This document shows positions 28,601 to 37,095 of a stretch of DNA of 64,000 nucleotides, in pieces. The position numbers were made by a program, and so were the translations under genes. Below the pieces are notes generated by a model. That model did not search any database. It saw nothing but the letters and a program-made list of their open reading frames with translations, and was not told the origin of the DNA. Positions within the stretch are counted from its first letter, which is position 1, and every line of letters starts with the position of its first letter. This DNA is from an uncultured virus (IMG/VR IMGVR_UViG_3300043468_000945) (taxonomy: Duplodnaviria > Heunggongvirae > Uroviricota > Caudoviricetes > Crassvirales). Location of the stretch: IMG/VR virus record IMGVR_UViG_3300043468_000945. The stretch is one strand, 5' to 3'.

Positions 28601-31600
28601 TACTCCGGGTAGATTAGTTTTTGGAACTACTAATGATGGCTCTTCTTCGGCTACTGAAAAAATGCGTATCACTAGCGGGGGGGACGTAGGTATAGGGACA
28701 TCTAGCCCTCAAACTAAATTGCATGTAAATGGAGACTTAACTATTAATACTACGCTTTTATTTAGCGGGACAAACTTATATCCTAGAGTTTCAAGGTCTT
28801 CAAATGATTTGTATTTCTCTACTAATGCAAGTAGTGAGGTAATGAGAATTGTAGATGCAGGCAATGTCGGCATTGGGACAAGTGCTCCCGGATATAAACT
28901 ACATGTTGTTACTAGCGCTGTAGCAGGAAGACAGAACATGTCTGACATTAATAGGACATCTGCGAATTGGGTTCGTTTTACAAACCCTCAATATTCAGCT
29001 GATGCCTCAATGGGACTTATACTTCGTGTATTCCCTGACTCAGATGCTAGACAAGGCGCAGGCATTATTGCAAGTGGGGGGAACAACAACGCTTGTACAA
29101 ACTTAGACTTGTTTGTCACTAGCTCTCCTGATGGATTAGGAGGCACATCATACAGTGCAATAAACATAAATGGCCTTAGTGGGAATGTTGGAATTGGTAC
29201 AACTAGTCCTATAGGTAAGCTTGATATATATCAATCAGCAAACCCTGCACTTTTTATTCGAGATGATAGTTCTGTAATTAGAATTTTGCCTTTTGGAGGT
29301 ATAACTTATTTTCAAACGGCAACATCATTAACCACCGGCTCAACTACTGACCTGTACTTCTCGGGGATGTATGGTACCAATGTTAACATGGTTATCAAAG
29401 CGGGAGGTAATGTCCTCTTGGGAACAACTGTTGACGAAGGGTATAAACTTGATGTTCGCGGTGATATTAGGGCATATACTGCAAGTACAGGAGACAATAA
29501 TAGTATATTTGAAGGCAATGGTTCTTTTTTAAAGATAAAGGGTAGGGCTTCTTATGCAGCATTAATAATAGATGCTACAGGAACAAATAATTGGGAATGG
29601 GGCGTAAGAGGAGAAACTGTATTACGATTAAAACGGAATGGCAGTGATATTTTATCAATATCACCCGGCGGTGAATCTACCTTTAGTTCATCTGTTACTT
29701 CAACAGGTCTTATTGTAAATGGACAAGAGATTTACATGGCTCCTGCAAACTACGCAAGTGGTGGATTTGCAAGACTATTAGGAAGAAACTCAAGCACAGG
29801 TAGAATAGAGGGCATGAGTGCTGCTGATGTCCAAGCATTTATTGGATTGTCAGGTTACATAAGTGGTAGTGGTACAACCAACTACGTCCCTAAATTCACA
29901 GGTGCTAGCTCAATTGGGGATAGCACAATATATGATGATGGTACTAACGTAGGTATTGGTACTACGACACCGAATCCATTCAGTTGGGCGTCAAAAACTC
30001 TTACTGTTGCTTCTAGCGTTACTAATTCATACGCTGCATTAGAGGCTTATGGTAATGGCACAGGAGCCGGCGCCGTATTACTTGGTAACACGAGTATACT
30101 TAGAGCATCTATTGTTGCAAATGACGGGTCTAATTTGGTATTTGCTGTAAATGCAAGTAATACAGGGTCTTCTCAAACTGAGCGGATGCGCATTACTGCC
30201 TCAGGGTATATTGGTGTTGCTTCATCATCTCCTGTTACTAGGTTTACTGTTAACTCATACGCAGGTTCAAGGTTACCATATATCAATGGAACAGCAAACA
30301 CGTTTGATGCTAATGGTATTACAGTAACTTCTTCAAACACTGCGAACGCAAACATTGGTGGAGGTCTTGATTTGACTAATAACGTTCACTCTATTGGTTC
30401 GTACTCTCCATTGATTAGTTTCAGTGCTTTAACTCAGAGCGGGACTTACAATAACAACTACGCTGCTATCTATGGTGTCCTTGCCGGTGACTCAGGTGAT
30501 GGTAATTGGAACACAGGTCATATAGCATTTGCTACTACTACAGCTTATGGAACTAGCGAAAAGGTTCGTATCACTAGCGCGGGTAACGTAGGGATTGGTA
30601 CTACTAATCCTTCATACAAGTTGGTGGTCAATGGAGCGGAAGCCGGCTTGTATGTAAATGGAGCAGAAGTAGCTCCTTATACACAAAAAATAGCCGTGTT
30701 TAGATATGGCGGTAATGGCAATTCCGTAAACATTGAGAACCAAGCGGGCAAAGCAGCTATACAAGGTAGGGTTGATAGTGGTGCTGTTATGGACCTTATT
30801 CTTAACGCAGCGGGGGGTAGCGTCGGTATTGGGACAGGAAGTCCTGCATATAAACTAACTGTAAACGAGTCAGCTACAGATGCTATTGCATATTTTGGGA
30901 CAGCTCCTTTAAATGCTTCATCAAGAAATGCTTTAATTATTCTTCAGAGTGGAACTATCCCTCAAAGTGGAAGTGACACCACAGGCGAAGTGGGGTTCTT
31001 GTTTAAGCACTCATACGGGACCGGTGGAGTAAATGGGACAGCAAATGGAGGATATATTGAATCTATAAGAGAGAGTGTATTTGGCATAACGTCTCAAGTT
31101 AACACCGCATTAGTTTTCGGAACATCATCTGCAAATATTGATGGTGAAAGAATGCGCATTACTTCTACGGGAAATGTAGGTATCGGCACAAGTGCTCCTG
31201 CGGTTAAGCTTGACGTTGTTGGTACCATTAATGGTGTTGGTGAAATCGCGGTAAAACAAAGCGGTAGCTCGGCTCTTTCTCTATACAGAGCTAACTCAGG
31301 CTATCAGGCTGTTACACACTATTGGGAAGGCGCGGGTCTATATTGGGCAGCGGGAATGGGATATAGCACCTATAATTGGGTTATCAATGATACCAACTAT
31401 GGTGTTAACAATAAATTTGTAGTTACCCAAGGCACTACTTGGGGTGTAGGTATTGGAGCTAGCGAACCTCTAGCAAGGCTTCACGTAGGAGCAAATCTAT
31501 CTGACCTTTCAAGTCATATATTCCCAAATACGGGAGCTATTATTGCCTCTATTGGAGTTGACCAAACTGCAGCAAGGACCAACGTATTGTCATTATTACG

Positions 31601-34214
31601 TGATGGTACAAGTGGAGTAGTGTATGGAGGCTTAGCAGCATTTGACATGTCTCGTTGGCAAGCTGATGGAGTGAACACTAGAGTTCAGCTTGACCTTCGT
31701 TTGTCAAATACAGATACCGCAGATATTGTAGACGTTATGTCTTGGCGTAGCAATGGTTATGTAGGTATTGGAACAACTGCCCCTGCATACAAATTAGATG
31801 TAAATGGTGATGCTAGATTTATCTTTAGAAATAGTTCAAATGAGATAATGGATTTGCTTCTGTCAACAGAGGTAGCTGCATCTAAATCAAAGCTTTCATT
31901 ACTATGGTATGGAAATGAAACTGCTTCTTTAAAGTTCACTCGTGGTGCTAATTCGACAGGGGGTAGTTTGGAGTTTTGGACTCAACCTGAATTTGGGTCT
32001 ATAGCACAAAGAATGACCGTTGCGAGTTCAGGGAATGTGGGTATTAACACAACTGCTCCTGTATACAGACTTCACGTAGAAGGCTCAGTAGGTATTAACG
32101 GAACAACTATTCCAATCACAAATAATACGTACGCCCTTGGTGGAGGAAGCAATAAATGGAGTCAAATTTGGGGAGCAAGATATTTTGCTGACGATGGTTC
32201 AGCAGGTGCGCCATCGTACAGTTTTGCAGGAGACCAAGACACAGGATTTTGGAAACCCGGTGACGGTGCTTTAGCGACATCTGTAAACGGAGTAGAGCGC
32301 ATGCGGATTGATGGCTCAGGCTATGTTGGCATTGGGACATCTGCGCCAAGCAGGACGTTGACTCTTGTAGGTACTAGCAGGCATGAAAGAGTTTATGGAT
32401 ATGGCAACAATGTAATAAGCGTACCAAACTCTACTTCATTTGGAACCGTATGGATTCATTTGGGAACTTGCTCTCCATTTACTACAGATAAGATTTATTA
32501 CCGTGTAAATACCAATACTTCTGAAGAAGAGGGAGAAATCACGATTTCTAATACTTGTGCTCTTCCGTTTATCCAATGGCAGCGTAACACATACAATCCA
32601 AATATTGTTCAAGTAAGAGCAAGAATGCAATATGGATGTGGACCATGTGAGATATGGGTCGAGATGCGTTATGGTACTGCATTTGGGGGGGCGAATACAA
32701 CTCTTCAATGGCAATCCTATAACGGTACTGATTATAACTTTACAACTGTAAACGCTATAGGCACCCCGGGAACAGGAACTAACGAGAAGTCTATTGTAGG
32801 TTCTGAAGGATATTTCTATGCCAACTCAGGCAGCATAACTGTTGCTGATAGAATTGGTATTGGAACTACTACTCCATCATATTTGCTAGATGTTGTAGCT
32901 CCTAGTGGAGGTAGTCTTGCTACAATACGGGCAAACAACGGTTATACCGGCGCAGCTGATGGCTCTCAATTGCTGCTTGGGAACTCTGCAAACTTTGTAA
33001 ATGCTTACTTCAGATTAAATGGTGGAGGAAATACTTCTCAAGCCGGGATTGGTTCATTAAATATTGGAGTTTATGAAGCTGTGCCAATGGCTTTTTATAC
33101 GTTCGATGTTGAGCGCATGCGTATTGCTGCAAACGGCAACGTTGGTATCGGCACAAGTGCTCCCGGATATAAGTTAGAAGTTAATGGTGGAGCTACAGGA
33201 AACAATATTGCTCGATTCACTACAGGCGGAGGCGGAGGAGGAACGAGAGGTATGACCATATACTCAAACGATTCCTACGTAAAACTACAGGTTACTGACA
33301 ACGCAGGCAGCGCATCAACATGGGCTCACTTAGTACTTAATCCTGATGGAGGCTATGTGGGGATTGGGACTACTGCTCCTGCGTACAGTTTAGATGTTAA
33401 TGGCATAGGGAGAGTTCTTAGTTCTTCAATTGTTCAGGCATCAAGTAATTCAGATACTCCGAATGTTACATTCACAAATAATGGAGGTTCATTTACTTGG
33501 GGTACAATAGGAGGATTACTTCAAGGTGATGGAGATGGAGCTTTATACTTCAATACAAAACTTGGAGCTTCTGTTACCGAGAAGATGCGTATCACTTCTA
33601 CAGGGAACGTAGGTATTGGAATCAGCAATCCATCTTATCTACTTCATGTTGGAGGAAGAGGATATTTCTTCGCGACAAACCAAGATGCGGGATGGGGTAT
33701 GTTGACATTAGATTATGGTAACGGGACCAACAGTAACATATATGCTATTCAGTTTAAAGAAGGAGGCTCAGTAAATGCTGCTTTAGGATTTGCTTCTTAT
33801 GGTAGCACTTCCGCTGCTGATTTGAAATTCTACGTTAATAATGGAAGTAGCCTAAACGTTGCTATGATTATTAATTCTGCGAGTGCTACAACATTCAGTT
33901 CTTCAGTTACTGCAACAGGATTCTTTGAAAGCTCTGACGCTAGACTCAAGACCATTGTCAACGAAAACTACCGACTTGATTCAATTGTTTCAATTAAACC
34001 CAAGTTTTACGAAAAGAATGGTAAATTTGAAGTGGGATATATCGCCCAAGAAGTTGAACAGCTGTATCCACATGCTGTCACTGTTGGGGCCGATGGATAC
34101 CTGTCTCTTTCTTATAGTCAAGTTCATACACTGAAGCTTGCTTATTTGGAGGATTCAATAGAGGAAATTAAACGCAAAATAGCATATCTTGAACAACAAT
34201 TAAACAACAAATAA
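25662..34214 (+). CDS. giant tail fibre with C-terminal intramolecular chaperone (peptidase S74-like), 2850 aa
   Basis: Many ERMRIxxxGNVGIGT repeats; C-terminal SSDARLK...GYIAQEVE...coiled coil. Confidence 0.88.
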   Translation: MANLATISNNILADSGIDPIDLIVGTGTVNYVPKFTAEGTIANSQIFDNGTTVAIGTTATNGSRLQVQGNTDIWHSLNTLLRLYHDGTRAVLQSYTGGAYSNISLNAEGGNVGIGTFSPTQKLEVAGNLRVTGVVYTDVVATNSGISIDFRDQAAASIMYLDAPNKRVGIGTTAPSSSLEVIGSIRNKNASSNANYSQLSTTEAILNISTYSINTGGYPAHIIFSPASAERMRITDAGNVGIGTSNPFAKLQVNNGDIAAYNNISTNGAQLYLGDTNFSNSSYFNSAPGIGAVYSPDSNVAGDLAFYVYTGVASSRTERMRILTLGQIRLNSYGSGSFIGTPTYNLAVDANGNVIETAGGVVDGSGTANYVTKWIDANTVGNSQIFDNGTNVGIGTVSPSYKLDVLGSFSFTTGGNYLQYSSGILYHGNYYQFPSGNNYLLFARASGDLIFGANDVERMRITSAGNVGVNTSAPDRNLTIVGTTRHERVYGYGNYSFNFSNVGIGETFTWFKLGNATPFSQTKLYYRAGTSTSEEEGEIKISNTCAAPFIEWTRNTYNYHIREVRGVMTGSCGFCEIWVLVRHGNYNLGANTNFQWQIHNGTDSSFVVANATGTPGTGTSQKSINSTDLYFYANSDNMSVAGFVGIGTTNPTVKLQVENNSHNYIQVNSSVANVQTAINVTNSASTSRASLSWEDGTRGAYADLYSSTYLTLTTQSSEKMRITAAGNVGIGTSTPSYKLEVNGNVYGSTTAQFGTGYIDGTQSGWAIFGSNSSSNGIKIVLDGSILRNDIVIATSGLIGIGTGAPTERLHVSGNLRVTGAYYDSNNSAGTSGQVLSSTATGTDWVSLSEITGVDGTGTTNYVPKWLDANTITDSLLYDNGTTVSIGLGATTPSYTSAYGYPQFAIESNAFASSHVFTHNSTNGNYSFFALGKSKGTAAAPTIVENSETIGDFQFWAYDGAAYRNTAFIRNQIDGTPGAGDTPGRLVFGTTNDGSSSATEKMRITSGGDVGIGTSSPQTKLHVNGDLTINTTLLFSGTNLYPRVSRSSNDLYFSTNASSEVMRIVDAGNVGIGTSAPGYKLHVVTSAVAGRQNMSDINRTSANWVRFTNPQYSADASMGLILRVFPDSDARQGAGIIASGGNNNACTNLDLFVTSSPDGLGGTSYSAININGLSGNVGIGTTSPIGKLDIYQSANPALFIRDDSSVIRILPFGGITYFQTATSLTTGSTTDLYFSGMYGTNVNMVIKAGGNVLLGTTVDEGYKLDVRGDIRAYTASTGDNNSIFEGNGSFLKIKGRASYAALIIDATGTNNWEWGVRGETVLRLKRNGSDILSISPGGESTFSSSVTSTGLIVNGQEIYMAPANYASGGFARLLGRNSSTGRIEGMSAADVQAFIGLSGYISGSGTTNYVPKFTGASSIGDSTIYDDGTNVGIGTTTPNPFSWASKTLTVASSVTNSYAALEAYGNGTGAGAVLLGNTSILRASIVANDGSNLVFAVNASNTGSSQTERMRITASGYIGVASSSPVTRFTVNSYAGSRLPYINGTANTFDANGITVTSSNTANANIGGGLDLTNNVHSIGSYSPLISFSALTQSGTYNNNYAAIYGVLAGDSGDGNWNTGHIAFATTTAYGTSEKVRITSAGNVGIGTTNPSYKLVVNGAEAGLYVNGAEVAPYTQKIAVFRYGGNGNSVNIENQAGKAAIQGRVDSGAVMDLILNAAGGSVGIGTGSPAYKLTVNESATDAIAYFGTAPLNASSRNALIILQSGTIPQSGSDTTGEVGFLFKHSYGTGGVNGTANGGYIESIRESVFGITSQVNTALVFGTSSANIDGERMRITSTGNVGIGTSAPAVKLDVVGTINGVGEIAVKQSGSSALSLYRANSGYQAVTHYWEGAGLYWAAGMGYSTYNWVINDTNYGVNNKFVVTQGTTWGVGIGASEPLARLHVGANLSDLSSHIFPNTGAIIASIGVDQTAARTNVLSLLRDGTSGVVYGGLAAFDMSRWQADGVNTRVQLDLRLSNTDTADIVDVMSWRSNGYVGIGTTAPAYKLDVNGDARFIFRNSSNEIMDLLLSTEVAASKSKLSLLWYGNETASLKFTRGANSTGGSLEFWTQPEFGSIAQRMTVASSGNVGINTTAPVYRLHVEGSVGINGTTIPITNNTYALGGGSNKWSQIWGARYFADDGSAGAPSYSFAGDQDTGFWKPGDGALATSVNGVERMRIDGSGYVGIGTSAPSRTLTLVGTSRHERVYGYGNNVISVPNSTSFGTVWIHLGTCSPFTTDKIYYRVNTNTSEEEGEITISNTCALPFIQWQRNTYNPNIVQVRARMQYGCGPCEIWVEMRYGTAFGGANTTLQWQSYNGTDYNFTTVNAIGTPGTGTNEKSIVGSEGYFYANSGSITVADRIGIGTTTPSYLLDVVAPSGGSLATIRANNGYTGAADGSQLLLGNSANFVNAYFRLNGGGNTSQAGIGSLNIGVYEAVPMAFYTFDVERMRIAANGNVGIGTSAPGYKLEVNGGATGNNIARFTTGGGGGGTRGMTIYSNDSYVKLQVTDNAGSASTWAHLVLNPDGGYVGIGTTAPAYSLDVNGIGRVLSSSIVQASSNSDTPNVTFTNNGGSFTWGTIGGLLQGDGDGALYFNTKLGASVTEKMRITSTGNVGIGISNPSYLLHVGGRGYFFATNQDAGWGMLTLDYGNGTNSNIYAIQFKEGGSVNAALGFASYGSTSAADLKFYVNNGSSLNVAMIINSASATTFSSSVTATGFFESSDARLKTIVNENYRLDSIVSIKPKFYEKNGKFEVGYIAQEVEQLYPHAVTVGADGYLSLSYSQVHTLKLAYLEDSIEEIKRKIAYLEQQLNNK

Positions 34215-34215
34215 A

Positions 34216-34614
34216 ATGGCAATTATCTACAATTGGGTAGTGTCTGCAATGGACGAATACCCTACAACTCCCGACGATTTGACCGATGTAGTTTTCAACG
34301 TACATTGGCGCAGAAATGCAACCGACATCGTTGGTGACATTACCTATTTCGCTGACGTATACGGCTCTCTTTCAGTGCCTGCACCGTCACCTGAAGACTT
34401 CACTCCCTACCCTGACTTGACTTTCGAGCAAGTATGTGGATGGCTTGAAGCAGGTCTTGACACCGCTGCTATCGACGCAGGTCTTGCAGTTCAGATTGAG
34501 AACTTGATTAACCCTCCTGTGGTATCATTGCCGCTTCCTTGGGTTACTCCTGAGCCTACGCCGATTCCTCCTACTGAGACTGTTATCACAGAAGAAGACG
34601 AACCTGAAGCATAA
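34216..34614 (+). CDS. tail-fibre-associated protein
   Basis: VFNVHWRR...FTPYPDLTFEQVCGWLE...LPW; directly after the fibre gene. Confidence 0.7.
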   Translation: MAIIYNWVVSAMDEYPTTPDDLTDVVFNVHWRRNATDIVGDITYFADVYGSLSVPAPSPEDFTPYPDLTFEQVCGWLEAGLDTAAIDAGLAVQIENLINPPVVSLPLPWVTPEPTPIPPTETVITEEDEPEA

Positions 34615-35498
34615 TGTCGTGGGCGGGAATAGTATCGAATCAGACTGTATCGTTTAATAACTTACAGGACGCCGTGAACACCAATGTGTTTACGCTGAAG
34701 AATGCTATTCCCGCAAGCAACGAGCAGATTACCAAAGCTGACGCTGACTTTTATGTAAACATCAATACGAGCTACGGCCCGTATGCAGCCAAAGCTTCCA
34801 ATCAGCTCGTTGTAAAATCCGACCTTCAAGCATCTACTCCGGTGGTATCGTACCCACATACAGTTTGGTACGACCAACCTTGCTATTGGGATGGATTCTA
34901 TGTTGAGGGTGGCGCAGCATCGGACCCTGACGCGTGTCTCCTAAATACAAACTATATCGTTTTGTACTCAAGTACCCCTGTCCTAGCGAATGGGGTTTAC
35001 TTATTTTACGATAGCGCTCTCTCTAATCCATGGTATGGTAACCAAGGCGGATGTGGGAATTGGTATAGGAATGATTCAAATGTATTTGTATACTTAGACG
35101 TTCTTGGTCCAATTGACAACTTTACTGATTGCTGTACGGCAGACCTTAACATTTCTGCCATATACACAGGACTGACAACAGTTCAGATGGTAATGATGCT
35201 ATCTGCTCCACAACTAACCAACGTTATTCTATCTTTTACTTGGTGTACAGATAGTGGAGCTAGTGGATGGACAAGTATTTTTATTCTTGCAGGTCAGTCA
35301 GGTCCTCTATACGGAATACCATTTGACGTTAGCAGAACAGGGCCTACTACAGGGGGGACATCGTGGGGCTCTCAAGAAGTAGATGTTTATGTAGCAAGCA
35401 GTGGAGTTGTGAATGACTTCTTTATTTGCGCAACATCTGTTTCAATTACAGGAATGTACCCATCGTGTTTGACTTATAATCCCGGATGCGGATGCTAG
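34614..35498 (+). CDS. Cys-rich structural/fibre protein
   Basis: SNQLVVKSDL N-terminal module and Cys-rich domains. Confidence 0.65.
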   Translation: MSWAGIVSNQTVSFNNLQDAVNTNVFTLKNAIPASNEQITKADADFYVNINTSYGPYAAKASNQLVVKSDLQASTPVVSYPHTVWYDQPCYWDGFYVEGGAASDPDACLLNTNYIVLYSSTPVLANGVYLFYDSALSNPWYGNQGGCGNWYRNDSNVFVYLDVLGPIDNFTDCCTADLNISAIYTGLTTVQMVMMLSAPQLTNVILSFTWCTDSGASGWTSIFILAGQSGPLYGIPFDVSRTGPTTGGTSWGSQEVDVYVASSGVVNDFFICATSVSITGMYPSCLTYNPGCGC

Positions 35499-35519
35499 AA
35501 AATAGACTATATTTGTACT

Positions 35520-35753
35520 ATGGCACTACAACTTACAATAGAGGAATTAGAAACAATTCAAGAGCTTCAGAAATCATTCACCAAAGCAAAGATTGCATTG
35601 GGTGATATTGAGCTTACCAAGCAGGATTTATTGCATGAAATTGGTAACCTCAAACAGGAGTTCATTGCTAACGAAAAGAAGCTCATAGAAAAGTATGGAG
35701 CTGACGCAGTTATAAACGTAAAAACAGGAGAAATAACAAATGGGAAAAATTAG
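35520..35753 (+). CDS. coiled-coil hypothetical protein
   Basis: ...LIEKYG..INVKTGEI; TATATTTG at 35508-35515. Confidence 0.7.
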   Translation: MALQLTIEELETIQELQKSFTKAKIALGDIELTKQDLLHEIGNLKQEFIANEKKLIEKYGADAVINVKTGEITNGKN

Positions 35754-35976
35754 CACTTACGCTACCGACAGTAACGTAACCTTCGCAGACAAACTTATCG
35801 GCACTGACGCTGAGAACTCAGACGAGACAAAGAACTTCACAGTTGGAAGTGTTCTAGCTATGCCTTTGACAAACATCCAAGAGTTCCCCAATAATGCAGC
35901 AGCTGTTGCAGCAGGTTTACCTGTCGGCAAGGTTTACCGTATCACAGGTACAGACCACGCAGGAATCGTGTGGTAA
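35740..35976 (+). CDS. small structural protein sharing its N-terminal module with the 1692-aa fibre
   Basis: KISTY...DKLIGTDAENSDETKNF versus RISSY...DLLIGTDVENFNDTKNF. Confidence 0.7.
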   Translation: MGKISTYATDSNVTFADKLIGTDAENSDETKNFTVGSVLAMPLTNIQEFPNNAAAVAAGLPVGKVYRITGTDHAGIVW

Positions 35977-36008
35977 TCTAATCACAATGAAATTAAATTT
36001 AATCAAAT

Positions 36009-36236
36009 ATGGACATCAGGAAAATATCAATAGGACCGGACTACAAAAGTGGTGCGATGCACTACATTGTAGGGCAGAAAGTCCTTGGTGACACCTACGA
36101 GATACACCTCATCAAGTTTGACGACGAATCAAACTCAATCAAGATTTATATCATCAATGACAAGCAGGAGGTGGTATTGTGGAAGGAGTTCAACAATAAC
36201 GTTCCTATCTCCATTGAACATAATATAAACTACTGA
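36009..36236 (+). CDS. hypothetical protein
   Basis: IRKISIGPDYK.AMHYIVGQ. Confidence 0.75.
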   Translation: MDIRKISIGPDYKSGAMHYIVGQKVLGDTYEIHLIKFDDESNSIKIYIINDKQEVVLWKEFNNNVPISIEHNINY

Positions 36237-36799
36237 TGCAATCTCCATTCGACTTCATAGTGAAGCCCCTGAATGGAAAGCGATATGACAACACAAAAGA
36301 GGTAGGCGGAATAGAACTTATCGTCAGCACTTCAGAGGAAGAGCACAAGTTCTCAAACAGATACGGTGAAGTCATAGAAGTTCCATTGCGGTATGAGGGG
36401 CCGATAGCCAAAGGGGACATCCTGTTGGTGCACCACAACGCGTTCAAGTTTTACAACGACATGAAGGGCCGCCAAAAGAGCGGTCGTAGCTTTTTCAGGG
36501 ATGACCTGTTTTTTATAGAGCCTGACCAATTTTTTATGTACAAGCGCGATGGTGTGTGGCACACGTACAGCCGCTATTGCTTTGTTCGCCCTATTGCGGC
36601 GATTGACTCGTACGTCAAGAAGCCATTCACGCATGAGCCCCTGATGGGAGAGATGGTATATCCAAACGAATACCTCATCAGCAAAGGCGTCAAGGCCGGA
36701 GACAAAGTGTGCTTCAAGCCTGACAGTGAATACGAGTTTAATGTGGATGGAGAAGAACTTTACAGAATATTTGACCACCAAATAACTATGGTTTTATGA
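36236..36799 (+). CDS. tandem GroES-like domain protein
   Basis: Two GroES-like units: FIVKP...GGIEL...GEVIEVP...KGDILLV and FVRP...GEMVY...VKAGDKVCF...DGEELY. Confidence 0.6.
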   Translation: MQSPFDFIVKPLNGKRYDNTKEVGGIELIVSTSEEEHKFSNRYGEVIEVPLRYEGPIAKGDILLVHHNAFKFYNDMKGRQKSGRSFFRDDLFFIEPDQFFMYKRDGVWHTYSRYCFVRPIAAIDSYVKKPFTHEPLMGEMVYPNEYLISKGVKAGDKVCFKPDSEYEFNVDGEELYRIFDHQITMVL

Positions 36800-37095
36800 G
36801 CGACACAAAAGAAATAAAGCTTAGGATTATCGAGGCGGGACAGAAGGCTGTCGAGCAGTTAATCAAGGTTGCCAAGGAAGACATCATCAAGCGTGAAGAA
36901 GGCGATGAGTCAGCTCTTGCTGCGGACCGATTGAAGAATGCAGCAGCCACGAAAAAGATTGCGATATTTGATGCGTTCGAGATTCTTGCTCGCATTGATG
37001 CGGAGAAAGAAAACCTCGAGATGCTCGAGAAGGGAGTAAGTAAAACTGATACAAAACAAGGATTTGCAGAACGAAGGGTTATATCGAATCGTTAA
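36796..37095 (+). CDS. putative terminase small subunit
   Basis: Helical protein overlapping the terminase large-subunit start; positional inference. Confidence 0.45.
   Translation: MSDTKEIKLRIIEAGQKAVEQLIKVAKEDIIKREEGDESALAADRLKNAAATKKIAIFDAFEILARIDAEKENLEMLEKGVSKTDTKQGFAERRVISNR

Noticed and set aside
27100..32840. Duplicated fibre domain as a DGR template/variable repeat pair
   Set aside because: Both copies are in frame and widely diverged, not adenine-specific; no reverse transcriptase in the window
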